Assembly: GCA_004431415.1 (NCBI GenBank)
Contig: QPMI01000289.1
Location: 7,119 to 71,118, forward strand
DNA from: Cyanophora paradoxa CCMP329
Lineage: Eukaryota; Plantae; Glaucophyta
DNA: 64,000 nucleotides
Direction of reading: 5' to 3'
Shown here piece by piece: positions 26,150 to 38,100 of this stretch. The notes beneath the pieces were generated by a model that had not been told where the DNA came from, did no database searches, and was given only the letters and a program-made list of their open reading frames with translations. The number at the start of each line of letters is the position of its first letter. Positions within the stretch are counted from its first letter, which is position 1. A program made the position numbers and the translations under genes.

Positions 26150-27153
26150 GCTTCTCGCTCGGCTGCAGCTGTTCTCTGGATCAGCGGGTTAAGCACGCAC
26201 GGCCCGGGCCCAAAAACGAGCAGCAGGCGAGCGAGTGACGCCGCGCGCTCGCTCGAAGATCGAAGACGAACATGCTTGTGAAGCCTGGGCGCGCACCCGA
26301 GAATTGAAGCGACGAATGCGAAACGTCAGGATTTGATGGCGCGCGCGATGACGGCGGGCCTGGGAGTTGGGCGCACCGACGAGGCGCTGCCACTGCTTGA
26401 GCTCGAGGCGTCAACCTTGCGGGCAGGCGGAGCGTGACTGCCTCACGGGTGCTCGCGATTGGAAACGCTGTACCCGGCTGGGGTCGGACCCTCCCCCCTC
26501 AAAAGTGGATGGCGCGGCTCGTCGCCGGGCGCACCTTTAGCTAAATCGTAAGCTGACGCGAGTACAGCGAGTCAGCGACAGCTTCGCGCCTGGCGACCTT
26601 GGAAGTGGAAGTGGAAGTGGACATTGGACGTTGTACCCGGCGCGAAGAAACCCCCCCTCCAAAAAAGTGGAGCTGTTCAGACAAGCTGAGACAACTCGCG
26701 CTGGACGCGCCTAGATCATGAGCTGACGCGAGCACAGCTGCAGCACGTGCGCAGAACTCGCGGCAGGAGACGTCCAACACGCTTTGACGAACCACGTCGA
26801 CGTCAGCGGGACGTCACGGCGCGTTGCTAACCTCCGGCCAGCAGCCGCAATCGATCGATCTGGCTCTACTCTATGCGTGGAGCGATGTGCGACAGCATGA
26901 GCAGCATCAACGACGAATAGTCGAAGATCGCTCGAGCTCGGAACCTGCGTGCAGCCGACCACGTAGTCTCCGCAAAGTTGGTTTGCTTTCGCGTGCAGGA
27001 TTGCTTTAGCTGCAGTCGGCCGCGGTGAACCACTTTCCGTGCGGCGCAGCGCTAGCTGTAGCGGCCGCGGGCGCCGCGTGCGCCTTCGCTGAATATACGT
27101 ACCTCGAGCTCTGAGGCCTAGCAGGGCTCGAGGTTGGAGGCGGCAGCGGGGGG

Positions 27154-30100
27154 ATGAATACGCAGACGATCGCGACCGCGGCCCCGAGCGCTTTCGAGCG
27201 GCTCCAGGCTCTCGTCGCCAGCTCGCCGTCGCCTTCGCCGTCGACGTCCCCGGGCGCGGAGCGCCCGTCGCAGTCCTGCGCGAGCGCCACGTGCGCGGCC
27301 CCTCGCCTCTCTGTATCTCTTTCACTGTCTGGCGCCTGCTCGCCCCGGCTGTTAACACATCGTGCAGGTGCTTCGGCAGGCTCGCCTCCCGCTCGCCGTC
27401 GCTCGGCCAGCTGCACGAGCCGGCTGCGCTCGCCGTCGCCTGCTTCCACGAGGCGCGCCACGCACACGGCGCGCACCCGCTCGCGCACGCGGCGAGGCCA
27501 CCGGCGAGCTGCTCGCGCCTCGCACCGTGCGCCACAGCGAACCCTCCTCGAGCGCGCCGGCGCCGCGCTTCATGCCGTCTCGAGCTCCGCCCTGACTCCA
27601 TCCACGCGCAGGCCGTCGCCCTTGGGCGCCGACGAGCGAGCGGGCGGGGGGCGTCGCAGCGTCAGCCCCCTGCGCCCGCTCGCGCACCCGCGGTCGTGCT
27701 CGGAGGGCCTCGGCCTGGGGCTCGGCTCCCTCCAAGAGCAGATCGCGGGAGCGCCGTATCGGCCCCTCTCCCCCTTCCGCGACGCCTTTGCCGCGCTCTC
27801 CCCTACCCCCTTGCGCGGCCCGCCCCTCGGGACCCACAGCAGCTCCGTTCCCCCCGGCTCGCTCAGCAGCCCGCGGGGCGGCCGGCGGGGCTCGCGGGAG
27901 GGCGAGGGCGAGGGCCACAGCGGGGGCCGCCTGAGGGAGCGGCTTTCGCCGCTGGAGCTCCCCGGCGACGGCCTCTCGCCCCTCTGCCTCCCGCTGCTCG
28001 AGGCCGACGCCGCCGTGCCGGGCTCCCCCGCCCCCTCCGCCCCCGCCGCCTCCTGCGGCGAGGTGCCCCCCCTCAACCTCGCCGGCTTCGGCGCCGGCGC
28101 CGGCCTCCCCCTGCCTCGCCGCGCTGGCCGGGGTACGCCTCCACGATCTCCACCTCGAGGCCCCGGGGCCCGAGGCCCGGCCCGGGGCGGCGGCGGGGCG
28201 GCGGCGGGCGGGGAGGCGGGGGCGGCGGGGAGGCAGGCGGCAAAGGTGCGGTCGACGCGGGACGAGTGGATGGCGCGGGCGTGGACGGGCGCGATGCAGC
28301 CCGAGCCCGAGCCCGAGCCCGAGCCAGACGCGGAGGCCGAGCCCGAGCCCGAGGCGGGGCCGGAGGAGCGGGAGGGGACCCAGCCCCACGCCGGCCCCGC
28401 CGGCGACGACTTCCACGACGCCCTCGAGAAGTCCCTCGGCGAGATCGGTGCGCCGCCGGGCGCCGGGGCTCCCGTTTAGCTGAGGCCGGGGCGGGCAGAG
28501 CGGCGCTCGGCGTCGGCGGCGGCGGCGGCCGCGCACGCCTCCAAGTTCGCGTCCCTGCACGGCCTCCCCCGCACGAGGCCGACGCCCGCGGGGCCGCCGC
28601 GGCCCCCGGGCCTCCGCGGGGGCGCCCCGGGCCTCGCCGCGCGCCGGGGCGGCCTCGAAGGGCCCGCGGGCCGCCAGGGCGCCACCAGTCCCGGGTCCCG
28701 CCCCGCCCGCTGGCCGCCTGCTCGGCCCTCGTCCGCCGCCGAGCATCTGCGTGCGCGGCCCCAGGGCCCGCCCCGAGGAGGCCCCGGCCCCCGCGGCCGT
28801 GGACTTTGCGCCGGGGCAGCGCGTGCACGTGCAGCTGGGGGAGCGCCCCGCCCTCCTCCGCCTCGCGCTGCCCCGTGCCCCGACCGCGGCCCCGTGCGCG
28901 AGACTGTCGCCCGCCCCGGCCCTCGATGCTCGCCGCCGACCTCGCATGCACCTCTCCGTGCGCCAGGTCGTCGTCTCCGTCTTCCCCGCCGGCGTCGCCG
29001 AGGTCTTCGCCTCCGCGTCCCCCCAGGCCCCGCCCCGGCCCGAGGCCGCCCCCGGCACCCCGGCGCCGCTGGTGCGGAGCCCCCCACCCAGCCCCGCCCC
29101 CACGCGGCCTGACGGGCGGGGGCGGGGGCGCCGCGGCGCGGGGGCAGGGGGAGCGGCTGCGGCTGGAGCAGTTCCGGTCGGAGCAGAGCGGGCTGGGCGT
29201 CTTCGGGGTCTGCCTGGGGCCCTCCGACGCCTCCCCCAAGCCCGCCCCCAGGCACCTCCACCTCGGTGCGCGCCCCCGCAGCAGCCCCGAGCGAGCGGGC
29301 CGGGCGCGTTTGGATCAGCCAATCTGCGCGTGTGACGGGCCCGGCGCTGCAGCGGTCTCCGGGGCGAGCGAGGGGCACTGCACGCTCCAGGCGCACGTGC
29401 ACCCCCTGGAGCGCCTCGCGCTGGGCCGGTGCCGGCTGCCGCCCCTCCCACCCCCCGGCACCGCTGCGCGCGAGCCGACCTCCCGCCGCCGCGCAGGCAG
29501 AGGCAGGGCCTCCTCGTGTTCCGCGGCACCCCGGAGGGCGAGGAGGAGGCCGTGCCCGCCCAGTTCTTCGAGGTGCGGCGCCCCGCTCCCCGCCGCCGGC
29601 GCCCGTCCCGATTGGCCGCGCGCCCCGAGCGCCGAGTGCCAACCGCGAGAGCCGCGGGGTGCAGGTGCACCTGCCGCGCATGCGGGCCGGCCAGAGCCTT
29701 CTCCTCTCTCTCTCCGCCCCCTCCTTCGTCACCGCCTACTCCTCCCTCTCCCACCCGTACCCCGGCGAGGGCGCGCCCCCGGCCCCGGCCTCCGCGCGCC
29801 CTTTACCGGCCCCGGCCCGCCTCACCGCGTCAATTTGCTGCAGACCACTTCGGGGCGCGGGCGAACGCGGACCGGGCGCAGGTCGAGATCCCCTTCTCGC
29901 CGGCGGCGGCCGGCTCGCGCCTCTACGTCGCTGTGACGCCCTCGCCGGGGTTCGACCCCGCGGACCTCGCGTCCTCCCCGGGCCCCGAGTCCAGCCGCTC
30001 GGGGGCGATCCGCGGCGCCGGCGGGGCTGCCGAGGGCGGGAGCCCGGGCCCGGCCGAGGGCGGCGTGCCCCGGGCGGCCTCCGGGGCGGGGCCCCCGTGC

Positions 30101-30517
30101 GCGTCGACGTCCCTCCCCTTCACCGTCTCCGTCAGCGTCGACCGCGGTGCGCGCCTCTCGTGCCCGCCCCCGCGCCCGCCGGCGCTCTCCCCGGCGCTCG
30201 GCCTCAGGCGACCGATGACGAGGGTGCGCGGGGGCAGACCTCGGCCTCTCCTCCGTCTCGGCGCACCTCTCCCGCGGGCAGTTCGCGCACGCCGCGGCCT
30301 GCCTCTCCACCCGCCTCGCCGCCTGCTCCGGCTCCGCGCCCCCGCCCTCCCCTCGCATCTCACCCGCGCCTCCCCCGCGGCGCCGGCGGGGCGCCGCCCC
30401 GCATCGGGGCCACTCTCGCCCTGCGCCGGCGACGGCGGGGGCGGCGGGGGCTGCAGCTCCCTCGACTCCAGCGTCCGCGGCGCCGGCCCGCAGAGCTCTC
30501 CGAGCGCTGCAGCCTGA
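27154..30517 (+). CDS. Hypothetical multi-exon protein: long Ser/Pro-rich disordered N-terminus followed by beta-strand-like C-terminal domains
   Basis: A 441-aa first ORF (MNTQTIATAAPSAFERLQAL..FHDALEKSLGEI), then host-type introns (GTGCGC..CTGAC..GCAG) separating exons such as LSVRQVVVSVFPAGVAEVFASAS, QSLLLSLSAPSFVTAYSSLSHPYP and SRLYVAVTPSPG. TGA at 30515-30517. No family recognised. Confidence 0.6.
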
Positions 30518-30682
30518 CACGAGAAGCTTTAAGCAGCCCGCCATATCGATTTCCAAGCAAACTTGAAAGAGATATCTTGGGCCGGGCCCAGGCCCCAGGC
30601 TGCCCGCCCACTGGCGCCAGCGGCCCGGCAGCGGCAGCGGGGCGCCGGTCCCGGACTCCCGCCCGGGGGCCCGGCGGGGGCG

Positions 30683-30684
<2 letters not shown>

Positions 30685-30739
<55 letters not shown>
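30685..30739. repeat. Poly-G tract (about 55 nt)
   Basis: Uninterrupted G run; the length is unreliable in long-read assemblies. Confidence 0.8.
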
Positions 30740-30745
<6 letters not shown>

Positions 30746-31901
30746 GGCTACTAGGTAGCTGGCTCAGCCTGGCTGATCAACTTGCTGGCAATACCGTAGA
30801 ACACTTGAATATAAGCAGTACTGGTGTCTAGACTCTAAACTCTAGATCTAGACTCTAGAGACTGTGGCCGGTAATTCACCAAAAAACAAAAACTTAGTAA
30901 AGTAATGCGCGCGTGCACTAAATATTTAATAAGGCCCAATTTAAGGGGCGGCCCGGCCCGCCCACGGGCGAGCCACCCCGCCGCCCGCCGCGCCTCCGCC
31001 AGTACTAGTCCCGCGAGCCGCCCCGCGGCCCGTCGCGCCTCCGCCACGTCCCGCGACTCGGGCGCGGCCGCGGCCCGCGAGCCGCCCCGCCGCCCGCCGC
31101 CCGCGGCCGCGGCGCCGCGCCTCCGGCGCCCTCCGCCCGTGGCCTGAGCTGGCGGCCGGGCGGGGCGGGGAATCGCCGCGGCGCCGGGGATTCCCGGCAA
31201 TTTCCCGCCGGGGATCCGGAAGTTGGACCGGAACCAACTTGCTGCCTGGGCCCTCCTCAAATAATAGTCGCGCCTAGGGCAACGTACCGAGGACCCCTGA
31301 GCCGCCACCGGACGCACGGGCTTGCGGATCTTCTCCGTCATCGGAGCGACCTGCGGACGCATGTCATTTAGCAGCCGGGCGGGTACAGCACCCCCGCCGG
31401 CCGGCCATAAGAAAAATTAATTGAAAAATTCGAGATTTTTGCTTTGGAAAATGCACTCCAAAACATGATGGCTGAGAGGAGGGTACAGCAACAGTGGCGA
31501 ACCTTGGGCGTCTGCAGGCTCCACCTCGGAAGCCGGCCTCGTCTGGGGCCTGCACGTGCGTGCCTCCTAGTATGAGCCACGCGTACGCTTGCGCTAGACG
31601 CTGTAGCTAGCTATAGCGATAGCGCTGGCATGGAGCAGGGTAATGGCTTGCAAATTGCTGCCGCACCTAGAGCTCGAGCTCGATACCGCGGCCGGTGCTC
31701 CTGCGCTGGCCGCCGGGCCCGGGGCGCCAGGCCGCCGCATGCGCAGTGTCTCAGGGTCTGTCGCCGGCGAGCGAGCAGCTCCAGCGCTAGCTATATATAG
31801 CTAGCTAGCCTAGCTATAGTAGCCTATAGCTAGTAGTGCCGGCAGCTGCGCATGCAGCGCTAGCTATAGCCTAGTAGCGCTCGCTCTCTAGCTATAGCAC
31901 T

Positions 31902-32183
31902 TGTCGGATGGGAGGATTCCCACCCGATTGGGCACCCGCGCAGTACTGCGCGGGGCCGGCTCCCTGTGCTGGAGCAGCTGTAGATGCAGGCTGGTGTATT
32001 CACTGTGTACCCGGAAGACTACTGACTCTGTACCCCTAAGACAGGTAGAGGCAGGCCAGCGTAGGCTACCGAGAGGTAAGCCTACAGGAAGAGAGACTAT
32101 GCTAAGCCACTCAGGCTACGTCAGGCACCAACTAGCTCTAGTCACTAAGTCACCGCAAGGCCAGGGAATCGAGCCAGGCGACA
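31902..32183 (-). repeat. LTR (3' LTR in element orientation)
   Basis: Identical to 43859-44141 except for one missing T; TG..CA termini. Confidence 0.95.
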
Positions 32184-35100
32184 ACTCCTCTTCCGCTGAC
32201 GTCGCGTCCGCGCGACGTAGCAAGTCAAACCGTGACTCTCGTCGGCATAACCGCAAGAGGGCGTCCCCAACTCCGCCGATGGGTGCACCGCTCGAGGGCA
32301 CCGACAGGCCCCAAGACGAGGAACCTGAGCCACAGCCCGAGGACAGGAATGCAGACAGCTGCAGGCCAGGTAGAAGGCCAGGTAGCTGTAGATCGATCCA
32401 GTCCAGGTCGTACGCTGGGCATGGCTGGTGGGGGGCAAATGCGTGCATGCGGGAAAGCTCGAAAGAGAAAAGCATAAAAACTCGAAAGGTGTAAACGCTG
32501 GCCCAAACTCACTCCAAACGGCGAGGGCCGCTGGAGAGTGGCACGGATGGGAAGTTTCACCGCCTCGGGAAGAAACCAGCGAGGAGGTATTCGGGCCACC
32601 CATCAAGCCCAACGAAAGGACAGGGCACGTCCAGGTGCCCCTACTCGCAAGCGCCCAGTCCCCCCAAGAGACTCGCACGCGCCCAGCAGGCCAACACCTG
32701 GACACTCTCCACGAGCGCCGGGCCCATGTCCCAGAAAAGTGAACGAAAGACCCAGATGGCGCCCGCGAACGGTCCCCCAACCGAATCGCGTCCCACCTCG
32801 CAAGTCAGGGTTGAGGCAAAGCTGGCAAAGAAATCTGCCCTGCGTCCGTCTCTTCTCATCTCTAGCGTCGCCCTCGGCGTCCCACACAGGAACCCTCGGC
32901 GCCGACGTATGGGGCAAGGTATAGATTTGGTTCGGGACGTTTGGTTGGGAGTAGGGTCTGCTGAGGCTCGTAGGAGGTCCGTTTCGCACGTCAAGAAGAC
33001 GGGATTTGCGACTGCACATGCAGGCTTCCGATCCACAGCCAGCTGCAGCGTGCAGCTGCGTCGAGCGGAATATTTGAATCCGAGCTCAGACGGCGTTGGC
33101 GCAGCTGATGTGGATTTATGAAGCGTGCAGTCGACGTCGATGTGAGCGGCGACCTTGTATGCACTTGCACGTGCGTCTCGAGCTCGAGCTCGCGACCAGG
33201 TGCACGCGATAAAGGTACGAGCCCTTGAGCCGCACATCATCGAAGAGTAGAAATGCTTCGACGATCCCGTGACTGCGTTGGCGCTCCTGTCGAGGTCGCG
33301 CAGCTTGCAGTGCAGGGTCCAATCCGCGCGGCTCCCGGTTCTGATCGCTGGGACCACAGGGTGCACAGCTCAGCAGCTGCACCCTCGTGGTTGGATCACG
33401 AGGCCGACGGGCGAGTTGCCGAGCTCAACGCCTCAGCTGATCGCGGGCGAGCAGCCCTTCGCGACTGTCGGTGGGAGCATGCAAGGTTGGAGCTCGTGAA
33501 GCATACGCCAGGCCGTCAAGCACGCGCTACGGCGTGATCATGAGGGCTGCAGTGTACGCGTGTACGTAGAGCCGCGGCGCGGGATTCCCTGGAGGAGGTC
33601 CGGGTCCCTTGGCGGACGTACATCAGTGTACGCTGGTACTGGCGCTGTGTGTGGCCTGGGGCGAGAGATGGGGCGAGGACCCGAGACCGAGCCCTCGCGT
33701 TCGCGACGTGCGTGACATCGCAGCGCTCAGCTGCTGGCGATGAAGCCAGGTGCCGACGCTCCAGCTAGACGCGGCCGTCAATCGAAGGCGCGCGTGCTGG
33801 CCGCGAATCCCATCAGTCGTTCCCTCGGCCTGGTCTTCCTGGGATCCGGCCGCAGCCAGGCTCGTTGGCGAGCTTGGCGGGTCATGATCACGGGAAGGGG
33901 TTCTGCAGCGATCCGCGAGACTGCATATTCGCGGTGCCGAGACCCTCGGATTTGCGACCGATTCGCCAGCCTTCGCCGTGGGCTCGTTTCGATCGCATCC
34001 CAATACCAGGCGATCAGGCGAAGCTGACGAACGGCGAATCCTTCAGAGACTCAGATCTCTTGATCGGGGATCCGAATTCGTGTTCTGTGCGTAGCCAGAC
34101 CGCGACACGGCGTGCAGTCGGCTGCTGAGATCCGATTCCGATCCTTAGGAGGCCGCATCGGTGAGTAGTGCGAGCGAGTGCACTGGCCGTAGCTGGGCTC
34201 TCAAGCTCTGTCGAAACAGCACTTGCCAGTCCGTTCCGGACACGGTCACGGGCTGTGCACGTAACAACAGGGCCTGAGGGCCATCAGCCCCAGTAGCATC
34301 GCCACCGATGGGTTTCCGAGGCGGAATGTGGTTCGCCAACGGCGAGACCTGGATCCCGGCGAGCCGCCGCGTGAGGAGACCTCAAGGCGGTTGGCTAGGT
34401 TCGCTCGCTTGTGCTCGATCAGCCTGCAGACGGCAGCGCGCGCTGGGGCGTACTGCTCCACAGCAGGTCTAGGCGCGACGTCGACTGCATGCTCGAGTCT
34501 GATCATGATCCCGACTCCTCTTCCGCTGAAGAGGGGAAGTCGGGGCGTGGCAGGCATACGCCGATCGGGGCTCAGGCGTCGGGCCAAGAGGCAGCCTTCG
34601 GCTCGAGCGCTTGTGCGCGTACTCCTCTTCCGCTGAAGAGCGGAAGCCGTAGCACGGCAAACTGCCTCCGATGCCACTCCCTCTTCGGTTAAGCACCGTC
34701 CCCGGTGCTCCACCGTACGCGTCTTCCGCGAAAATTTGGGCACGCTGAGGCCGCTGGGCCCGGGGATCCGTGATTGGATCGGGACAGCATGGCCGTGGTG
34801 AAGAAATTCGCGAGTGTGGGTGGAAAGAACGGAGAGGCGTGATCGTACACGACCGTATCCGTCTTTCTTTCGTTGTATTCCATGGCGTCCCGGGCCGCTT
34901 TGCTCTCGATTCGGGCTCAATCGAGCTCGAGGGGCAAGCGTGAGCCGCGGGGCCAGAGCGAGGTTGAATGGATGCTGGCTTCGATTTGAATTGAGTTGTG
35001 GGCAACTGAGCAATTGCGTCGGCCGGCCACGATTGTGCCGGTCGCGAGTCAATCGCACTGCAGTGCTCGCCGTTCGAATTTCGCGATTCGATCGGACGCC

Positions 35101-38100
35101 AGTCGTGTCGGGCACGAGGGCATCGAGCCTCGGAGCTTCGAGTCTCGATCGGTCGTCGATCAGCTCAAGGCCTGGGCCGAGCTTCCGAAACACGATTTTG
35201 CATATATAGCGCTCGGCTGTGTATGCTCGTGTCTGTTGGCCCGTGTTGCCGCTTTTCGCGGTTTTTAGGCCAGGCGCCGGGGCGCCATGCCAGCACCCAG
35301 ATTTATGGGAGCGGCCTCAGTGAATGAAGCTGGTGACGGTGGGTGCGCCACTGCCGGGAATAAGATCCCGGGTCGCCACCGCCCAGCGCGAAACGAATTT
35401 GACAGCTATGTCGAACTCGTTCGCTCGCAGGAGCGCCAGCTGCATGCAGCCGGGCCCGCGTGACTTGGTACGTGCAAACGTCCGATGGTCCGGGTTGCGG
35501 GGCAGAATTTGAGAAAATCCGCGCCGCTGCTCGGGACGAGAGCCCGGCCGGCGGGTCGCCAGAGAAAATCGACGACTTTCGCCATGCTGGGCCCTCGCGA
35601 AATTTCGCGAGCCGAGAGGTACGAAATCGGCCGTGCGTGCGCGGTCCGACGGTCTGGCCTTCTCGAGCGGGCCGCGTACGCGTAGCCTACATCTCGGTTC
35701 CGAGCCGCGCGCGGCGTCGGGGCGGAATCGCGAGATCGAGGTCAACCGTCGGACTCGGGTGAGTCGCGAGAGCCGTGACCGCTTTAGTAAGCGTCAGAAC
35801 CAGGCTCAGCGGCTGGTCTGAGGCTGAGGATGATGCATATGCTTGGCCGAAGGGCCGTGCAATGGCCGGGCCACTTGGCATGGCCACGCACACGTGGGCG
35901 CGAAATTAAATTGCCGCACTCTGGTGCTGCAAACTTTTCGTGGCGTCGCGAAGTGATTCGCATGCACAGATCTAGAGGGCCCGGGAAACGTCCGGCGCGA
36001 AGATTGTGCACGCGGGCGCCCTCACGTCCGCTGGCGTGCGCCGTGACGGCCTCGCCACCGCAGCAGCCGGCCACGGGCGTGCACTGCGGCCGCCGGGCAC
36101 AAGTGCGTGTGCAGGGCGCGGCTGCGCATGCCGTGGTATTGATGGCTGGGCGCCAGCCGCCGTACGTAGTGTAGCAGCACCACAGGGATCGGCAGGTGGG
36201 CGCCGCGGCGTGCAACCGACGCGATTGGTTCCCAGCTGCAGGAGCGGGACCGGTAGCGGCCGGTTGCAGGAGCCGTGCTCGTGCATACGAGCGTCAATAT
36301 CGTGCCGACGATATCATGCACGATCGCAAGCGTTCCCTTAGCGGACCGGGGGCCGGGCCCCGGTGCTCTCGAGAGAACTGACGATAGAGCTCTCGCTCGC
36401 TGTCTCGCAGTGGGCCGTGGCGGCTTTTGAGAGAGCAGACGATGAAGCTCAGCGGCTTTTGCTCGCTGTCTCTCGTTGGCCGTGGCGGGTGTTCCGGAGT
36501 GTGAAGCCGGCAGATTCCACCAGCTAGGCTGGAACGGCTTTCCGAAAATTGGATACCGTACGCGTGGCTTGCGCACTGGCCAGCCACTAGGGCTCGCTGC
36601 CGCGCAGATCGAGAACCGTTGAACGGGCTGGGGATCATCGGATCCGGCGCCGCGCCCACGGTCCCGAATCATTGAATTCCGAATTCGAATTGCGATGCTT
36701 TCGAATTTGGGTGCCGCAGTGCGGTACCGGTCGACAGGTTCGCTTCGCTCGGTAGCGAATTACGATTTCTGCAGCTCATGCAGTCTTCCCTGCCTCATCC
36801 TCTCTCCCACCGCGTTTTAGCGGGAGGTCGAGGCATGAACGTGCCGCAAAGCGGGTTGGGCTGAAGGCCGCGTGCGCAGGCTTGGCGGCGAGCGGCCGTG
36901 CCGAGGCCTGGGCCTGCCGCCGTGCGTTCACGTGTAAATTTCGCGGGCCGGGCTGCGAGCCCTGAAGGCTGCGCTACGGTGCGAAAAATGCCTGCAGCCA
37001 GCACCAGCTGCAGCATCGCCGGGTTTGGCGAAGTGGTGCACAGGTTCCGGCTCAGCTGCAGTGCTCGCGCGAATGTATGCCGCTGCAAATCGCGACCGTA
37101 CATTCGATGGCTGGATCGGCGCTCTGTAGCACGGCGCTCCATTACAGCGCCTCATCAGCGCTCGCCGAGCGGCGTGCCGGCGTTGGCAGAGAGAGCCGGG
37201 CGCTGTTCAGCGCAGCCGATCGTCCGTTCGCGATCGTTTCGCGAGTCGGTCCGGTGCCACGGCCGTAACAGCGAGGAGCCCGAGCCGCGGGGCCGTGTGC
37301 GCAGCCTCTTTGAGAAAGCTACCGCATAAGTGCTCAGGCTTCGAATTTTTCGCGGCGCTCAGCGCGGCTGCTCAGCGGCTGCATCCGATATCCGGTCGCG
37401 ATATCGATGCATACTATGATATGCTGTGGGCCTGGCCGGGGCTGAGACCCGCGCCTGCAACACACACGTGCACGTGCACGCGGTTTATGCAAGGTAGGGC
37501 TAGCCGTTTAGTTTTGTTTAACGGTTGCAGCCTTTATTCCCGCTGGCCATGGTGGCTGCGGCTTGAATATTTGTGGCGCTCGCGATCGGTGTCCGCGTCC
37601 GCGGCCACGCGATTGCACGTGCAAAGAGTCGTGCACGGCTCGACAAGCGGCTCTGGGGCCCGCTGTACGTTGTAGCGCTGGCCCACGCGTGGGAGCCCGA
37701 CAGTCGATTCCAGTCGCTAGCTTGACGCTCGCAATTGGCCTCGGTCTCCCTGGGACTCGGGAGGACGAGTCGAGCCCGTTGCGAGCTTCGATATCGATTC
37801 GCGTTTGGGCCGGGGGCCACAATCCGCGTTCTCGTAGGGGCGAGGCCCTAATTCACAGCTTTGCGACGTCCAGCGATCGAGCGTGATCGTGGATTCGCGA
37901 CGCGGATATTCGCGGGGCCTAGGCTCGCCGCGAATTTCGCTGGGCTCGTGGCCGTGCCGGTTTTCGCAGGGCAGGCCGGTGCGGCCCGGTGGGGCTGGAA
38001 TTCCGATGCGGGTCGCCACAGGCGCTTACGAGGAGGCCCTGGGGCGAGAGGCTCGCGAGGGGACATGCCAGGCGAGGGCTGAGGGCGGCCTGAAATTGCG

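Larger units (their letters stand above)
9170..26610. repeat. Inverted (tail-to-tail) segmental duplication: about 9170-17390 versus about 18510-26610, with a unique spacer of about 1.1 kb
   Basis: Upstream regions (TCCACTTCCAAGGTCGCCAGGCG.. versus its reverse complement near 26590-26610), exons and many introns align in reverse complement. Confidence 0.9.
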